From: Marine Group III euryarchaeote CG-Epi1 | GTDB lineage: Archaea; Thermoplasmatota; Poseidoniia; MGIII; CG-Epi1 | Direction: 5' to 3' | Length of the DNA stretch: 64,000 nt | Assembly: GCA_001875345.1 (NCBI GenBank) | Contig: MIZA01000019.1 | Span: 1,579-65,578, forward strand | Part shown: piece after piece, positions 39,936 to 49,234 of the stretch | Position numbering within the stretch: position 1 is the stretch's first letter | How the letters are laid out: every line of letters begins with the position of its first letter | Translations under genes and position numbers: made by a program | Notes under the pieces: model-generated | The model's input: the letters and a program-made list of their open reading frames with translations, nothing else | Database searches by the model: none | What the model was told of the DNA's origin: nothing

Positions 39936-41240
39936 ATGGAAATATCTAGCCGCTCTGGTATAATGATTCTTTTTGCAACAGTGGCAGTTTGTACATTAGT
40001 TCTGTTTCCTCTATTACAATACGTAGCGGAACGAGATCCTCAATTATCAGCATATGACGACGATTGGAATGACATTTCAAATTTCAGAAAAGGCTTGGAA
40101 GACAATCCAAATACAAGCTACAATGTTAGTGCAGTATTGTCAAATCCTGGTGTACTCGATGAGATTTCAGATCCTACCTCCACCTTATTTGTCATAGTGG
40201 GCACAGAATCCCCATATTCTTCTTTGGAATTGGAGATATTAGCAAGATATATGGAAAGTGGTGGAAGCATACTTGTGTTTGGAGATTTTGATTATTCCAA
40301 TACCATCGCGGAATTATTTGCAATAGAATTTGTAAAGCATAAACTCTGGGATCAAAACTATAGGGATAATTTATCATTGATTCCTACTACTGCAATTGTC
40401 GAAGGTGAGTCGTACAACATACTTTTGAATGAACCTGTTGCGATTAGAGACTTAGGTTCTCAATACATAAATCTTTGGAGCCAAGGTTTTGAATGGAATA
40501 AGAAAGTCTTTATTTCCACATCTAAAAATTCTTGGATTGATTCAGACGATGACGGATTAATAACACCTGAAGATGAAGTGTCCGGTCCTCAAGGTTTTAC
40601 AGTTGGAATGCGTTGTGAAATGAAATCTGCTGAGGGGGTACAATTAGGCACAGCGGTTTTTGTTTCGGATTCAAGTTTGCCAATAAACATGATGTGGAAT
40701 GAAGATAGAAATTCAGATTTTTTATTGAGTCTAATAGAATCAATGATAGGTTCTGAAGGTGATATTCTATTTGATGAATCTAGACATACACAAGAATCGT
40801 TTGGAGCTAGTTTATTTCAGAGTGCATTAGGATTTTATTTTCTTCTGGCAGGAGATACCTTAATCATCCAAGTAATTAGATTAAACGTTCTTGTTTTAGT
40901 AATTATTTTGACAATGGGATTGTCAATGAGGCAGGCTGAACCCAAACGTTGGTATCATATTTTTGACATTAGAAAGCCTAGGCCTCTTAGATCATATGGG
41001 CATAGTCTTGACAAGGGAATTCTTGCACTTCAAGATGTGTTTTTGGAGAGGCTAAGGTTGAAGCATCAAATTTATGAGTTTGACGATAAATCCAGAAAAG
41101 ATAGAATGGCCATGCTAGCAGACGTACTGAATCGTTATAATGTGGCCTTAGATGAAGATATTAAGATGCTTTTGGGTAATCCTCAAGAAATAAGGCCAGA
41201 TATTCTCAGAAGTATAGCTAAAAAATTGAGTGCGTGGTAA
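39936..41240 (+). CDS. DUF4350-like membrane protein (N-terminal TM, extracytoplasmic flavodoxin-like domain, second TM region, cytoplasmic tail)
   Basis: TM helix MILFATVAVCTLVLFPLL, then SAYDDDWNDISNFRKGLED...TLFVIVGTESPYSSLELEILARYMESGGSILVFGDF. This matches my recollection of DUF4350 proteins in MoxR/DUF58 clusters (SxY...G...L...L; L..Y...GG.LL). The start is 1 nt after the upstream stop. Confidence 0.5.
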   Translation: MEISSRSGIMILFATVAVCTLVLFPLLQYVAERDPQLSAYDDDWNDISNFRKGLEDNPNTSYNVSAVLSNPGVLDEISDPTSTLFVIVGTESPYSSLELEILARYMESGGSILVFGDFDYSNTIAELFAIEFVKHKLWDQNYRDNLSLIPTTAIVEGESYNILLNEPVAIRDLGSQYINLWSQGFEWNKKVFISTSKNSWIDSDDDGLITPEDEVSGPQGFTVGMRCEMKSAEGVQLGTAVFVSDSSLPINMMWNEDRNSDFLLSLIESMIGSEGDILFDESRHTQESFGASLFQSALGFYFLLAGDTLIIQVIRLNVLVLVIILTMGLSMRQAEPKRWYHIFDIRKPRPLRSYGHSLDKGILALQDVFLERLRLKHQIYEFDDKSRKDRMAMLADVLNRYNVALDEDIKMLLGNPQEIRPDILRSIAKKLSAW

Positions 41241-42243
41241 ATTGAGTAGCGAAAAAGATGTTGTAGAAAATTCTAGTCAATCTCTTGACTTAGTTAAGAA
41301 AACTAACAAGTCAGCAAAGCAAATTGCAGATGAAGTTTCTAATGTGGTATTAGGAAAAGAACAAACAATTGAAATGGTTATGGCAGGAATTCTAGCTAAT
41401 GGTAATATTTTGTTTGAAGATTTTCCAGGATTGGCAAAGACATTGATGTCTAATACTTTGGCCGATGCTTTAGGATGCGAGTTTAAGAGAATACAATTTA
41501 CACCTGATTTATTGCCAGCAGATATCACAGGTTCCTATTTTTATGACCCTGAGAAAAACAAATTCAAATTTCGTAAAGGCCCTATATTCTGTAATATTCT
41601 TCTAGCCGACGAAATTAACAGAGCACCACCTAAAACTCAAGCTGCTTTATTAGAAGCGATGCAAGAGAAACAAATTACTATTGAGGGAACAACACACAAG
41701 CTAGCATCTCCCTTCATTGTTTTGGCAACTCAGAACCCTATTGAGTACGAAGGAACATATCCTCTCCCAGAGGCTCAGATGGATCGTTTTTTAATTAAAT
41801 TAAGTGTAGGTTATCCTGATGAGGATGTTGAGACTGGTATCTTAGAAGGGCGTTCACAAAGAAAGAAAGATTCGTTTACAGTTAAATCTCGAGCTACTCC
41901 AGATAAGGTAGATGAAATGCACGCCTCAATTGAGGAAGTTTTTGTTAAGAAAGAAGTAATGAGATATATTGTAGACTTAGTTCAATCAACTCGAAGAGAT
42001 CCGCGTGTTGCCGTAGGTTCAAGTCCTCGTGGAAGCCTTGGTCTGTTTAAGTTGTCCAGAGCTTTAGCAGTTCTTTCTGGGAGAGATTACGTAGTTCCTG
42101 ATGATGTTAAAAGAGCTGCAATTCCTGTACTTGGCCACAGAATAATTCTTAAGCCAGAAGCACGTATTCGTGGTGTAAATGTAGAAGAGGTCATAGGTGA
42201 ATTGCTTATGACTGTTCAAGTTCCAGCAGTAACTGTGGAATAG
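41230..42243 (+). CDS. moxR: MoxR-family AAA+ ATPase
   Basis: VVLGKEQTIEMVMAGILANGNILFEDFPGLAKT (Walker A), LLADEINRAPPKTQAALLEAMQEKQITIEG and VLATQNPIEYEGTYPLPEAQMDRF. The GTG start overlaps the upstream gene by 11 nt. Confidence 0.92.
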   Translation: MRGKLSSEKDVVENSSQSLDLVKKTNKSAKQIADEVSNVVLGKEQTIEMVMAGILANGNILFEDFPGLAKTLMSNTLADALGCEFKRIQFTPDLLPADITGSYFYDPEKNKFKFRKGPIFCNILLADEINRAPPKTQAALLEAMQEKQITIEGTTHKLASPFIVLATQNPIEYEGTYPLPEAQMDRFLIKLSVGYPDEDVETGILEGRSQRKKDSFTVKSRATPDKVDEMHASIEEVFVKKEVMRYIVDLVQSTRRDPRVAVGSSPRGSLGLFKLSRALAVLSGRDYVVPDDVKRAAIPVLGHRIILKPEARIRGVNVEEVIGELLMTVQVPAVTVE

Positions 42244-42247
42244 TTCA

Positions 42248-43495
42248 ATGTGGACACGTAAAGCAATTGTTTACGTTGGCTCAGGCGTTATTCTTGTATT
42301 ATTTGCTCCTTTCATTAATAATCTTCAGCTTTTTTTACTTGGAACTACAATATTAGCTTTTGTGGCAGTTCATAGTCTTGTTAATACCAGACCCATTGAT
42401 GTAAAGATTTCAAGAAGTTTTAATGATGATCAAGTTTTTGAAAATAGTAGTGTTAGTATTGATCTTGTTGTTCAAAATAAAGGACGTGCAGTAGGCTTTT
42501 TGGAAATTTATGATAATCTTCCTTCCGAAGTTGAAGTTCAATCTGGATTAAATCATAGTGTAATTCGCTTGAGGAAAAATGAGACAGTTGTTAACCAATA
42601 TTTACTTGATTGCCGACTGAGAGGCCAATTTAGGCTGGGTAATCCAAGACTAAGAATATACAACCCTTCGTTCCTATTTTACTATGAATCTGAAATTGAA
42701 TCAAAGTCTAGTCTAGTTGTTTTACCCCAAATTGAAGAAATAGAAGGCGTTGATCTGTCAACAGATTTTCCAAAGATGTACCAAGGGGCCATGCCAATTC
42801 GAAGGATAGGGACTAGCGGGGAATTTTATGGAATTCGTGAGTATTTCCCAGGGGATGATTTCAAGAATATAAATTGGAGGGTGTTTGGACGAACTAGAAA
42901 ACTAATGGTCAATCAGTTTGAAAGAGAAGATATTTCAGATATAATGATTGTCTTGGATGCGCGTGAGATTACAGGTACAGGTACAATTCTGAGGAATCCT
43001 TTAAATTATTCATGTAAAGCTGCAGCGTCATTAGTAAATTTCTTTTTGAGAACTAGAAATCGTGTAGGTTTGATTACCTACGGTGAATCTGTAAATGTTA
43101 TTTCTCCTGATACTGGCGAAAGACATCTTTTTAAGATTTTAACAGCTTTAGCAGAAATTAAATCTGCAGGTTCTTTAGGATTACATACTGTATTAGGCGA
43201 TCTTCGAAATTTTACGCCTCGCTCTCCTGTAATGGTCATATCTACCTTAGAAAATGATAAGACTAGTGCGACTGCACTTCGGGAGATTACTGCTAGAGGT
43301 TTCAAATTGACAGTTATTGCTCCAGATACCTTAGATTATGATAGAGATTCTAGGATAATATCGCCTACTGTTTATTTTACAGCTTCAGCTTCATTGGAAA
43401 ACAAGATTACAGAAGCTCGTTCATTAGGTGCTCGGGCTATGCGTTGGAATCCTGATTCTGTTCTATCGACTTCGTTAGCAGAGGTAATACGATAA
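42248..43495 (+). CDS. DUF58 (vWA-like) protein, the usual MoxR partner
   Basis: Two N-terminal TM helices. Signature SGEFYGIREYFPGDDFKNINWRVFGRTRKLMVNQFERE. Confidence 0.9.
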   Translation: MWTRKAIVYVGSGVILVLFAPFINNLQLFLLGTTILAFVAVHSLVNTRPIDVKISRSFNDDQVFENSSVSIDLVVQNKGRAVGFLEIYDNLPSEVEVQSGLNHSVIRLRKNETVVNQYLLDCRLRGQFRLGNPRLRIYNPSFLFYYESEIESKSSLVVLPQIEEIEGVDLSTDFPKMYQGAMPIRRIGTSGEFYGIREYFPGDDFKNINWRVFGRTRKLMVNQFEREDISDIMIVLDAREITGTGTILRNPLNYSCKAAASLVNFFLRTRNRVGLITYGESVNVISPDTGERHLFKILTALAEIKSAGSLGLHTVLGDLRNFTPRSPVMVISTLENDKTSATALREITARGFKLTVIAPDTLDYDRDSRIISPTVYFTASASLENKITEARSLGARAMRWNPDSVLSTSLAEVIR

Positions 43496-44340
43496 TGCAA
43501 ACAAGCAATACTCTAGCAATAATGCAGTCCGTAGCGACTTTATCATTAATGCTTAGCTTGAGTTTTGCGTATTTAATTAATCCACTGGAAGATTCACTTT
43601 TCCTTAGTGCACTTGATGGTTTTACAAGTAGTTTGTACAATAGTAATGTAATCAATGAACTAAATACTTCTGTCATAGCAGGAATACTAGTAGGATTGTT
43701 CTTAGGAACTACAAACGTTTTGCTAAGCTCTAGCAAAAAAATATATGATTATGTTTTAATTGCAATAGTCTCATTTTTTGTATTAATTTTCTTTGGTTAT
43801 GTATTTAGTGTAGAATGGATCCCATATGAGCCTCTTCAGCAAGTACTATTTTGGGTCTTTATTGGTTTGCCAGTTTCTACAGGAATGGTTGGTATTTGGC
43901 AAAATAAAGTAGGTAATCTAGCAGTATCAGCTTTTCTAATCTTATCCATGCCTCTTGGTTTGACAGGTAATACAAACGAACAAATTTATCCAATTTTAGG
44001 GTTTGTTTTTAGTTTTATTCTTTATTTGGAATTAAGTTATGGCCATGCAAGATATAGCAGATTAGCAAGAGTTATGGCATTTTCAAAAGAATATGAGGAT
44101 GTTCTAGTTTGGTTCTTAACAACCTTAATGGTAACCGTCGCTTTTACTATGATTTTGACTTCACTAGCTTTCTTATTTCATGATTTATTAGGTAGTATTT
44201 TACCTTACAGCTTTTCTAATTCCATAGAATACAACACAATTTACGGTCAGGCATTATCGGTTCTTGTTTTCTTCATGTTATGGTCTGTGATTCAAATTCT
44301 TTTTTCAAGAGGATATCTCGCTCGGCAGGTCGAAGATTAA
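43495..44340 (+). CDS. Polytopic membrane protein (about 7-8 TM), last gene of the MoxR cluster, function unknown
   Basis: Hydrophobic throughout. Its ATG overlaps the DUF58 stop (TAATG 43493-43497). I recognise no family motif. Confidence 0.6.
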   Translation: MQTSNTLAIMQSVATLSLMLSLSFAYLINPLEDSLFLSALDGFTSSLYNSNVINELNTSVIAGILVGLFLGTTNVLLSSSKKIYDYVLIAIVSFFVLIFFGYVFSVEWIPYEPLQQVLFWVFIGLPVSTGMVGIWQNKVGNLAVSAFLILSMPLGLTGNTNEQIYPILGFVFSFILYLELSYGHARYSRLARVMAFSKEYEDVLVWFLTTLMVTVAFTMILTSLAFLFHDLLGSILPYSFSNSIEYNTIYGQALSVLVFFMLWSVIQILFSRGYLARQVED

Positions 44341-44382
44341 GTTGTAAGGAGAACTTAAAAACAATACTTTAATCCCAAATAC

Positions 44383-46701
44383 ATGAAGAGCCCTTCAGAT
44401 TTAAAAAATGATTATCAATTTTGGGAAATTACTAAAGACTTAATTGATCAATGCATAGATGTTACACTAAATTTAAGTCAGAGTGGTCATCCCGGCGGCT
44501 CTCGTTCTAAAGTTCACGGAATGCTAATTACTTTATTATCAGGTGCAATGAGATGGGATATTCGAGATCCTACCAAACGTTTTTCAGATAGGTTTGTCTT
44601 GGTAGCTGGCCACGATAATCCTATGGTTTATGCAACTTTAGCAGTCTTAAATGAATCACTTCGAATAAAGTTTGAACAAACTCAAGATTCCAAATATTTA
44701 GTTAAGAACGGTGATGAATTTCAGTTGGTTTGGGAAGATTTACTTACTCTAAGGCAAAATAAAGGACTTCCAGGCCATGCGGAAATGGAAGGTAAGACGC
44801 TTTTCTTCAAATTTAACACGGGACCAAGCGGACATGGCTCTCCAGCGGCAGCAGGTGCAGCCTTAGCCCACAAATTGGCAGGAACTGAAGAGGTGAAAGT
44901 TTTCGCTTTTGAGGGAGAAGGTGGTTTGAGTACAGGTGTAACTCTCGAGACTTTAAATTCAGCTTGGGGGCTTGGCCTTGGAAATTTAGTTTATTACATT
45001 GATTGGAATGATTACGGTATTGATAGTCGCCCATTCAGCAGTATAGTTAATTCTACCCCTAAGGAGCTTTTTGAAACAAGCGGATGGCATGTAGAAGGCA
45101 CAGATAATTGCGAAGATTGGGATTCCTTCACTAAAGCATATTATAATTTAATCGTTGGAAACTCTAATTCAGCAATCCCAAAAATGGTTTTTGCTAAGTC
45201 ACGTAAAGGACGAGGCTACCACAAGTTTGATGAGAAATCGCATGGTTCTCCGCATAAGAGAAACTCAGAATTGTTTTGGAAAACCAAAGAAGATTTTGCA
45301 AATAAGTACAATGTTAGTTTTGATAATTTTGGTGAGGATGCTGCACCATCAAGAGACGAACAAGTTTTACAAGGTTCATCTTACTTAGAGACTATCTTTT
45401 CAGTTATGCGTAATAATCAAGATTTAGTGGATTATTTAGCAGACAGTTTAGTTCAGATAGGAGATTCAGTACCTAGCGATATTTCTTCTTGTAAAATCAA
45501 AGATAGTAATCCTCTTGATGATAAAGAGCTCTTTAATTTTTCAAACTATCCTTCAGAATTATTTGCTAATCCTGGCGAAAAAGTTCCAAATAGAGTTGGC
45601 TTCTCTAAAGTTGCATCTTGGTTGAATTCGTATTCGAGAGAAAATTATGATCGTCCTTTGTTTGTGGCGATGTCAGCGGATTTGGCAGACTCAACAAATA
45701 TTTCAGGTTTCTCAAAAGGTTGGGGAGATATGGAGGATTTGGGTATGTATAGTAAAGAAAATAATACCTCATCACCTCTTATGCCACAAGGCATAACTGA
45801 ATTTGCAAATTCAGGTATGATGGCAGGTTTGTCTACAGTTAATTTTAATTCAGATACTCTTGATTCATATAACGGATTTATTGGTTCATTCAGTACTTAT
45901 GGTTCTTTCAGTTATCTAAAATACGGTCCAATCCGACTTTTTAGTCAGGTTGCCCAAGACTCACAAATCAAAGTAGGTAAGTTGTTGTGGATAGCAGGTC
46001 ACTCAGGCCCAGAGACTGCAGAAGATAGTAGAACTCATTTTGGTATTTTTGCACCAGGAGTTACTCAGCTTTTCCCTAAAGGCCATATCATTAATCTTCA
46101 TCCCTGGGAGCATAATGACGTAGCACCAGCTTTAGCAGCCGCTTTTTCAACAGACGTTCCAATAGTGGCACTTCACTTAACTCGGCCAGCTATAGAAGTT
46201 CCAGACAGGCAAAAAATGGGCATAGCTAGTCATTTCGATGCTTCTAAAGGAGCTTACCTCATAAGAGATTTTGACGAGCGCCCAAGAGATGGTGTAGTTA
46301 TTGTCAGAGGGACTAGTTCTACCAACACAGTTGTCTCTATTCTTGAAGATATAAGTTCTAAACATAATGTTAAAATTGTTTCAGCTATATCATGGGAACT
46401 TTTTGATATGCAAGATTCAGAATATAAATCATCTATTATTGGGGACCAAGAGTGGGCCGATTCAATGGTTATCACTAACACAGGATTAAATGTTATGAAA
46501 AATTGGATATCTAATAGAGTAGTAGCAGATTATTCATTATCTCCAGATTGGGATAATAGATGGAGAACTGGTGGTAGCCTAGAACAAATTATTGATGAAG
46601 CACATCTAAGCCCTAGATGGGTAATGAAATCTATAGCTAAATTCGCGACTGACAGGTCCAAAAGATTGGAAAGATTAAAGCAGGAGATTCCTGAAAAATA
46701 G
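44383..46701 (+). CDS. Transketolase-family thiamine-diphosphate enzyme (full-length, divergent, 772 aa)
   Basis: SQSGHPGGSRS, RFVLVAGHDNPMVYATL, LPGHAE, FNTGPSGHGSPAAAGAA, FEGEGGLSTGVTLETLNSA...LVYYIDWNDYGID and EFANSGMMAGL. Confidence 0.7.
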   Translation: MKSPSDLKNDYQFWEITKDLIDQCIDVTLNLSQSGHPGGSRSKVHGMLITLLSGAMRWDIRDPTKRFSDRFVLVAGHDNPMVYATLAVLNESLRIKFEQTQDSKYLVKNGDEFQLVWEDLLTLRQNKGLPGHAEMEGKTLFFKFNTGPSGHGSPAAAGAALAHKLAGTEEVKVFAFEGEGGLSTGVTLETLNSAWGLGLGNLVYYIDWNDYGIDSRPFSSIVNSTPKELFETSGWHVEGTDNCEDWDSFTKAYYNLIVGNSNSAIPKMVFAKSRKGRGYHKFDEKSHGSPHKRNSELFWKTKEDFANKYNVSFDNFGEDAAPSRDEQVLQGSSYLETIFSVMRNNQDLVDYLADSLVQIGDSVPSDISSCKIKDSNPLDDKELFNFSNYPSELFANPGEKVPNRVGFSKVASWLNSYSRENYDRPLFVAMSADLADSTNISGFSKGWGDMEDLGMYSKENNTSSPLMPQGITEFANSGMMAGLSTVNFNSDTLDSYNGFIGSFSTYGSFSYLKYGPIRLFSQVAQDSQIKVGKLLWIAGHSGPETAEDSRTHFGIFAPGVTQLFPKGHIINLHPWEHNDVAPALAAAFSTDVPIVALHLTRPAIEVPDRQKMGIASHFDASKGAYLIRDFDERPRDGVVIVRGTSSTNTVVSILEDISSKHNVKIVSAISWELFDMQDSEYKSSIIGDQEWADSMVITNTGLNVMKNWISNRVVADYSLSPDWDNRWRTGGSLEQIIDEAHLSPRWVMKSIAKFATDRSKRLERLKQEIPEK

Positions 46702-46702
46702 T

Positions 46703-47293
46703 ATGTCATACGAAAATTTCCCAATAGCTGTTGTAGACAATGGTGGACAGTGGACACACAGAGAATATAGAGTTCTGAATTATCTTGGATGTAGAGCAGA
46801 AATAATATCTAATGTTACACCAATTGAAGAATTGGACAGGTTTCAAGCTCTTGTACTGTCTGGTGGAGCTCCTCGAATAGAAAGTGAGTCTGAGGCTTTA
46901 GGCTTAACTTCAGAATATTTAGATTTAGAAAAATGGCCTATTTTAGGGATTTGTGTAGGCCATCAGTACATGGCAACTCATTTTGAAGGAGAAGCAGGGC
47001 CAGCTGCAGTTCCTGAATTTGGTTCCTCATTAGTTACACTTATTGAGGAAGGATGGATTTTGAAAGGATTCCCGAAAGAATTTAATGTCTGGGAATCTCA
47101 TAACGATGAAGTTCACAAGATGCCAAATGGATTCAGAATTTTAGCTTCTTCCGATGCATGCCAAGTACAAGTAATGCAGCATGAAACGCTTCCTTATGCT
47201 GGTGTTCAGTATCATCCAGAGGTTGAAAACACAGAATTTGGTGCTGAAATTTTTCAAAATTTTCTTGATAAGGCACTTGAATGGAATAAATAG
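46703..47293 (+). CDS. guaAA: GMP synthase (glutamine-hydrolysing) subunit A / class-I glutamine amidotransferase
   Basis: VVDNGGQWTHREYRVL, LSGGAP, catalytic PILGICVGHQ and VQYHPEV. Its size (196 aa) is typical of the split archaeal GuaA. Confidence 0.8.
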   Translation: MSYENFPIAVVDNGGQWTHREYRVLNYLGCRAEIISNVTPIEELDRFQALVLSGGAPRIESESEALGLTSEYLDLEKWPILGICVGHQYMATHFEGEAGPAAVPEFGSSLVTLIEEGWILKGFPKEFNVWESHNDEVHKMPNGFRILASSDACQVQVMQHETLPYAGVQYHPEVENTEFGAEIFQNFLDKALEWNK

Positions 47294-47357
47294 TTTCAGT
47301 TTATTTTTTAGAAACTCACAGGTTATCTGTATTTAAACCACCTGTCTATGATTGTTT

Positions 47358-49232
47358 ATGGCAGATCCAATTACTAGGCTTTTTAGCTTAGGTTCAAAGT
47401 TAAAAAATCTTCCTGAAGATAAAGAAAAAGCTATTAGCGGTTATGGATATTATGACTGGGCAAAATCGGCTTTTGAGTGTAGTGTTACTTTAGCAATTAT
47501 TCCAGTATGGTATACTGCATTATTCTTTAAAGCTAATGGACTTACAGTTTCACTTTTCTCACAGTCGATGACTGCAGATGCCGTCCTGTCTCTTGTTATT
47601 GCAATTTCGACACTTTCAGTAGCAATAATAAGTCCGCCTTTGGGAGTCATAGCTGATCGTCGACTTGTAAAAATGCGTTGGTTAAAAATTCTAACAGTAG
47701 TGGGTGCTGGTGGGACTTTCCTTATTGCATTAGCTCCTTTATTCGGCAGTTCATCGTGGATTTGGATTATGGTGATGTACCTCTTTGCTAATATTGGCCT
47801 TAATGGAGCTGGAGTTTTTTACAATGCATTACTACCTCATTTAGGTAAGCCAGATGAATTGGATGATATTTCTAATCGGGCATTTGCTTATGGGTACTTA
47901 GGTGCAGGTGTTCTTTTAGTTCTTCATCTTATTATTTTGCTAGCGACCGATTTTGCTGAATGGGCCGTTCAATTTTCATTGGCTTCGTCAGGCATATGGT
48001 GGTATGGGTTTGCACTGATTACATTTGCATGGGTTCCAGAACCTCCAGTCGAAAATGAAATGGAAAAACTAAAATTCAGAGACGCTGCAAGATTTGCAGT
48101 TGGTGAAGTTACTCAAACCTTAAAAGATTACAAAGATTTTCCACATTTATTCCTTTACATGCTTGCTTATTTTTTATTTATTGATGGAATAAATACTGTA
48201 ACTGCATTAGCTGGTGTATATGGAACTACGGTTTTAGGTATTGGATTTACAGGACTTATAATTGCTCTTCTCGTGGTTCAATTTGTTGCAGCTCCATCAG
48301 CTATATTATTTACTAAATTAGCAGAGAGCAAAGGTACTAAACAAGCTTTGATGATTTCGATTTGTGGCTGGGTTTTTCTATGTTTTGCGGGGCTCGGTTT
48401 TGCTCCATTAGAATTGGAAACGCATGAAGATTATGACATATTATATGAGTGGAATGAAGAAGATAGCGCATATTCAGTTTATGTTTCATGGTCTGCTAAT
48501 GATTTGGCTCAAAAATTAGACTATGAGGATGATGAATTTAACGAGCAAGCTTGGGCAAAACAGTGGGCATATATTCTTCCTACAGAAGTAAATGAAGACG
48601 ATAAAGATATTTTAGAATGGTCTTGGGGAGATTCAGAAGATGAGCCAAATAAGATTAAACTTTTAGGAATTCCGAATTCAAATATTACTTCTTTTTTAGA
48701 TTCAATTGATAGTACTAGATTTAGTGCGAGTATAATCGGTGGAGCATTAGATGGTGAAGCTAATGTTGGTGTAGATCACCCAACTAATTTGGGTGATGGT
48801 GTTTTAGATAGTATTCCTATATGGGCTAGAGATAATATTTGGAAACCATTAGGGATGGGTGTCTTTCTTCAATTTATTGTTCTTGGTTGTTTTATGGGAA
48901 CTTTGTTGGGTGGTTCACAGGGACTTGCACGTAGTTTATTTGGTCAGATTGTTCCCGAAACTCGAAGTACTGAATTTTACAGTTTTCTTGGATTCTTTAA
49001 TAAAGTAGCAGCATTTTTAGGTCCAGCTCTTTACTTCTTCATGTCAGTAATGTATGATAGTCGTGCTGGAATATTCAGTATTGCATTCCTTCTTTTGTTA
49101 GGCGCCATTTTACTTTACCGAGTTGATATTGATGCAGGAATAGAAGATGCTAAAGCTGAAGATAATAGGATAAGGAAATTGTTAGCGGAGACAACAGAAG
49201 CAGATTATGATTCCATGCATAACAAAGATTAG
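47358..49232 (+). CDS. MFS transporter, UMF1/Atg22-like family (with large internal acidic loop)
   Basis: GYGYYDWAKSAFECSVTLAIIPVWY (the family N-terminal motif W..YDWANSAF) and 12 hydrophobic segments. I prefer ATG 47358 over the TTG 47352 of the ORF track because the TATA-like GTATTTAAA (47329-47337) lies 21-29 nt upstream of it. Confidence 0.7.
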   Translation: MADPITRLFSLGSKLKNLPEDKEKAISGYGYYDWAKSAFECSVTLAIIPVWYTALFFKANGLTVSLFSQSMTADAVLSLVIAISTLSVAIISPPLGVIADRRLVKMRWLKILTVVGAGGTFLIALAPLFGSSSWIWIMVMYLFANIGLNGAGVFYNALLPHLGKPDELDDISNRAFAYGYLGAGVLLVLHLIILLATDFAEWAVQFSLASSGIWWYGFALITFAWVPEPPVENEMEKLKFRDAARFAVGEVTQTLKDYKDFPHLFLYMLAYFLFIDGINTVTALAGVYGTTVLGIGFTGLIIALLVVQFVAAPSAILFTKLAESKGTKQALMISICGWVFLCFAGLGFAPLELETHEDYDILYEWNEEDSAYSVYVSWSANDLAQKLDYEDDEFNEQAWAKQWAYILPTEVNEDDKDILEWSWGDSEDEPNKIKLLGIPNSNITSFLDSIDSTRFSASIIGGALDGEANVGVDHPTNLGDGVLDSIPIWARDNIWKPLGMGVFLQFIVLGCFMGTLLGGSQGLARSLFGQIVPETRSTEFYSFLGFFNKVAAFLGPALYFFMSVMYDSRAGIFSIAFLLLLGAILLYRVDIDAGIEDAKAEDNRIRKLLAETTEADYDSMHNKD

Positions 49233-49234
49233 AT

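Noticed and set aside
24363-45388. Same-strand out-of-frame ORFs (24363-24650, 31326-31613, 32994-33176, 34713-34898, 45155-45388)
   Set aside because: They are embedded in longer, motif-supported frames, and their translations are compositionally odd (Met/Gln/Ile-rich readings of the Asp/Gly repeat codons).
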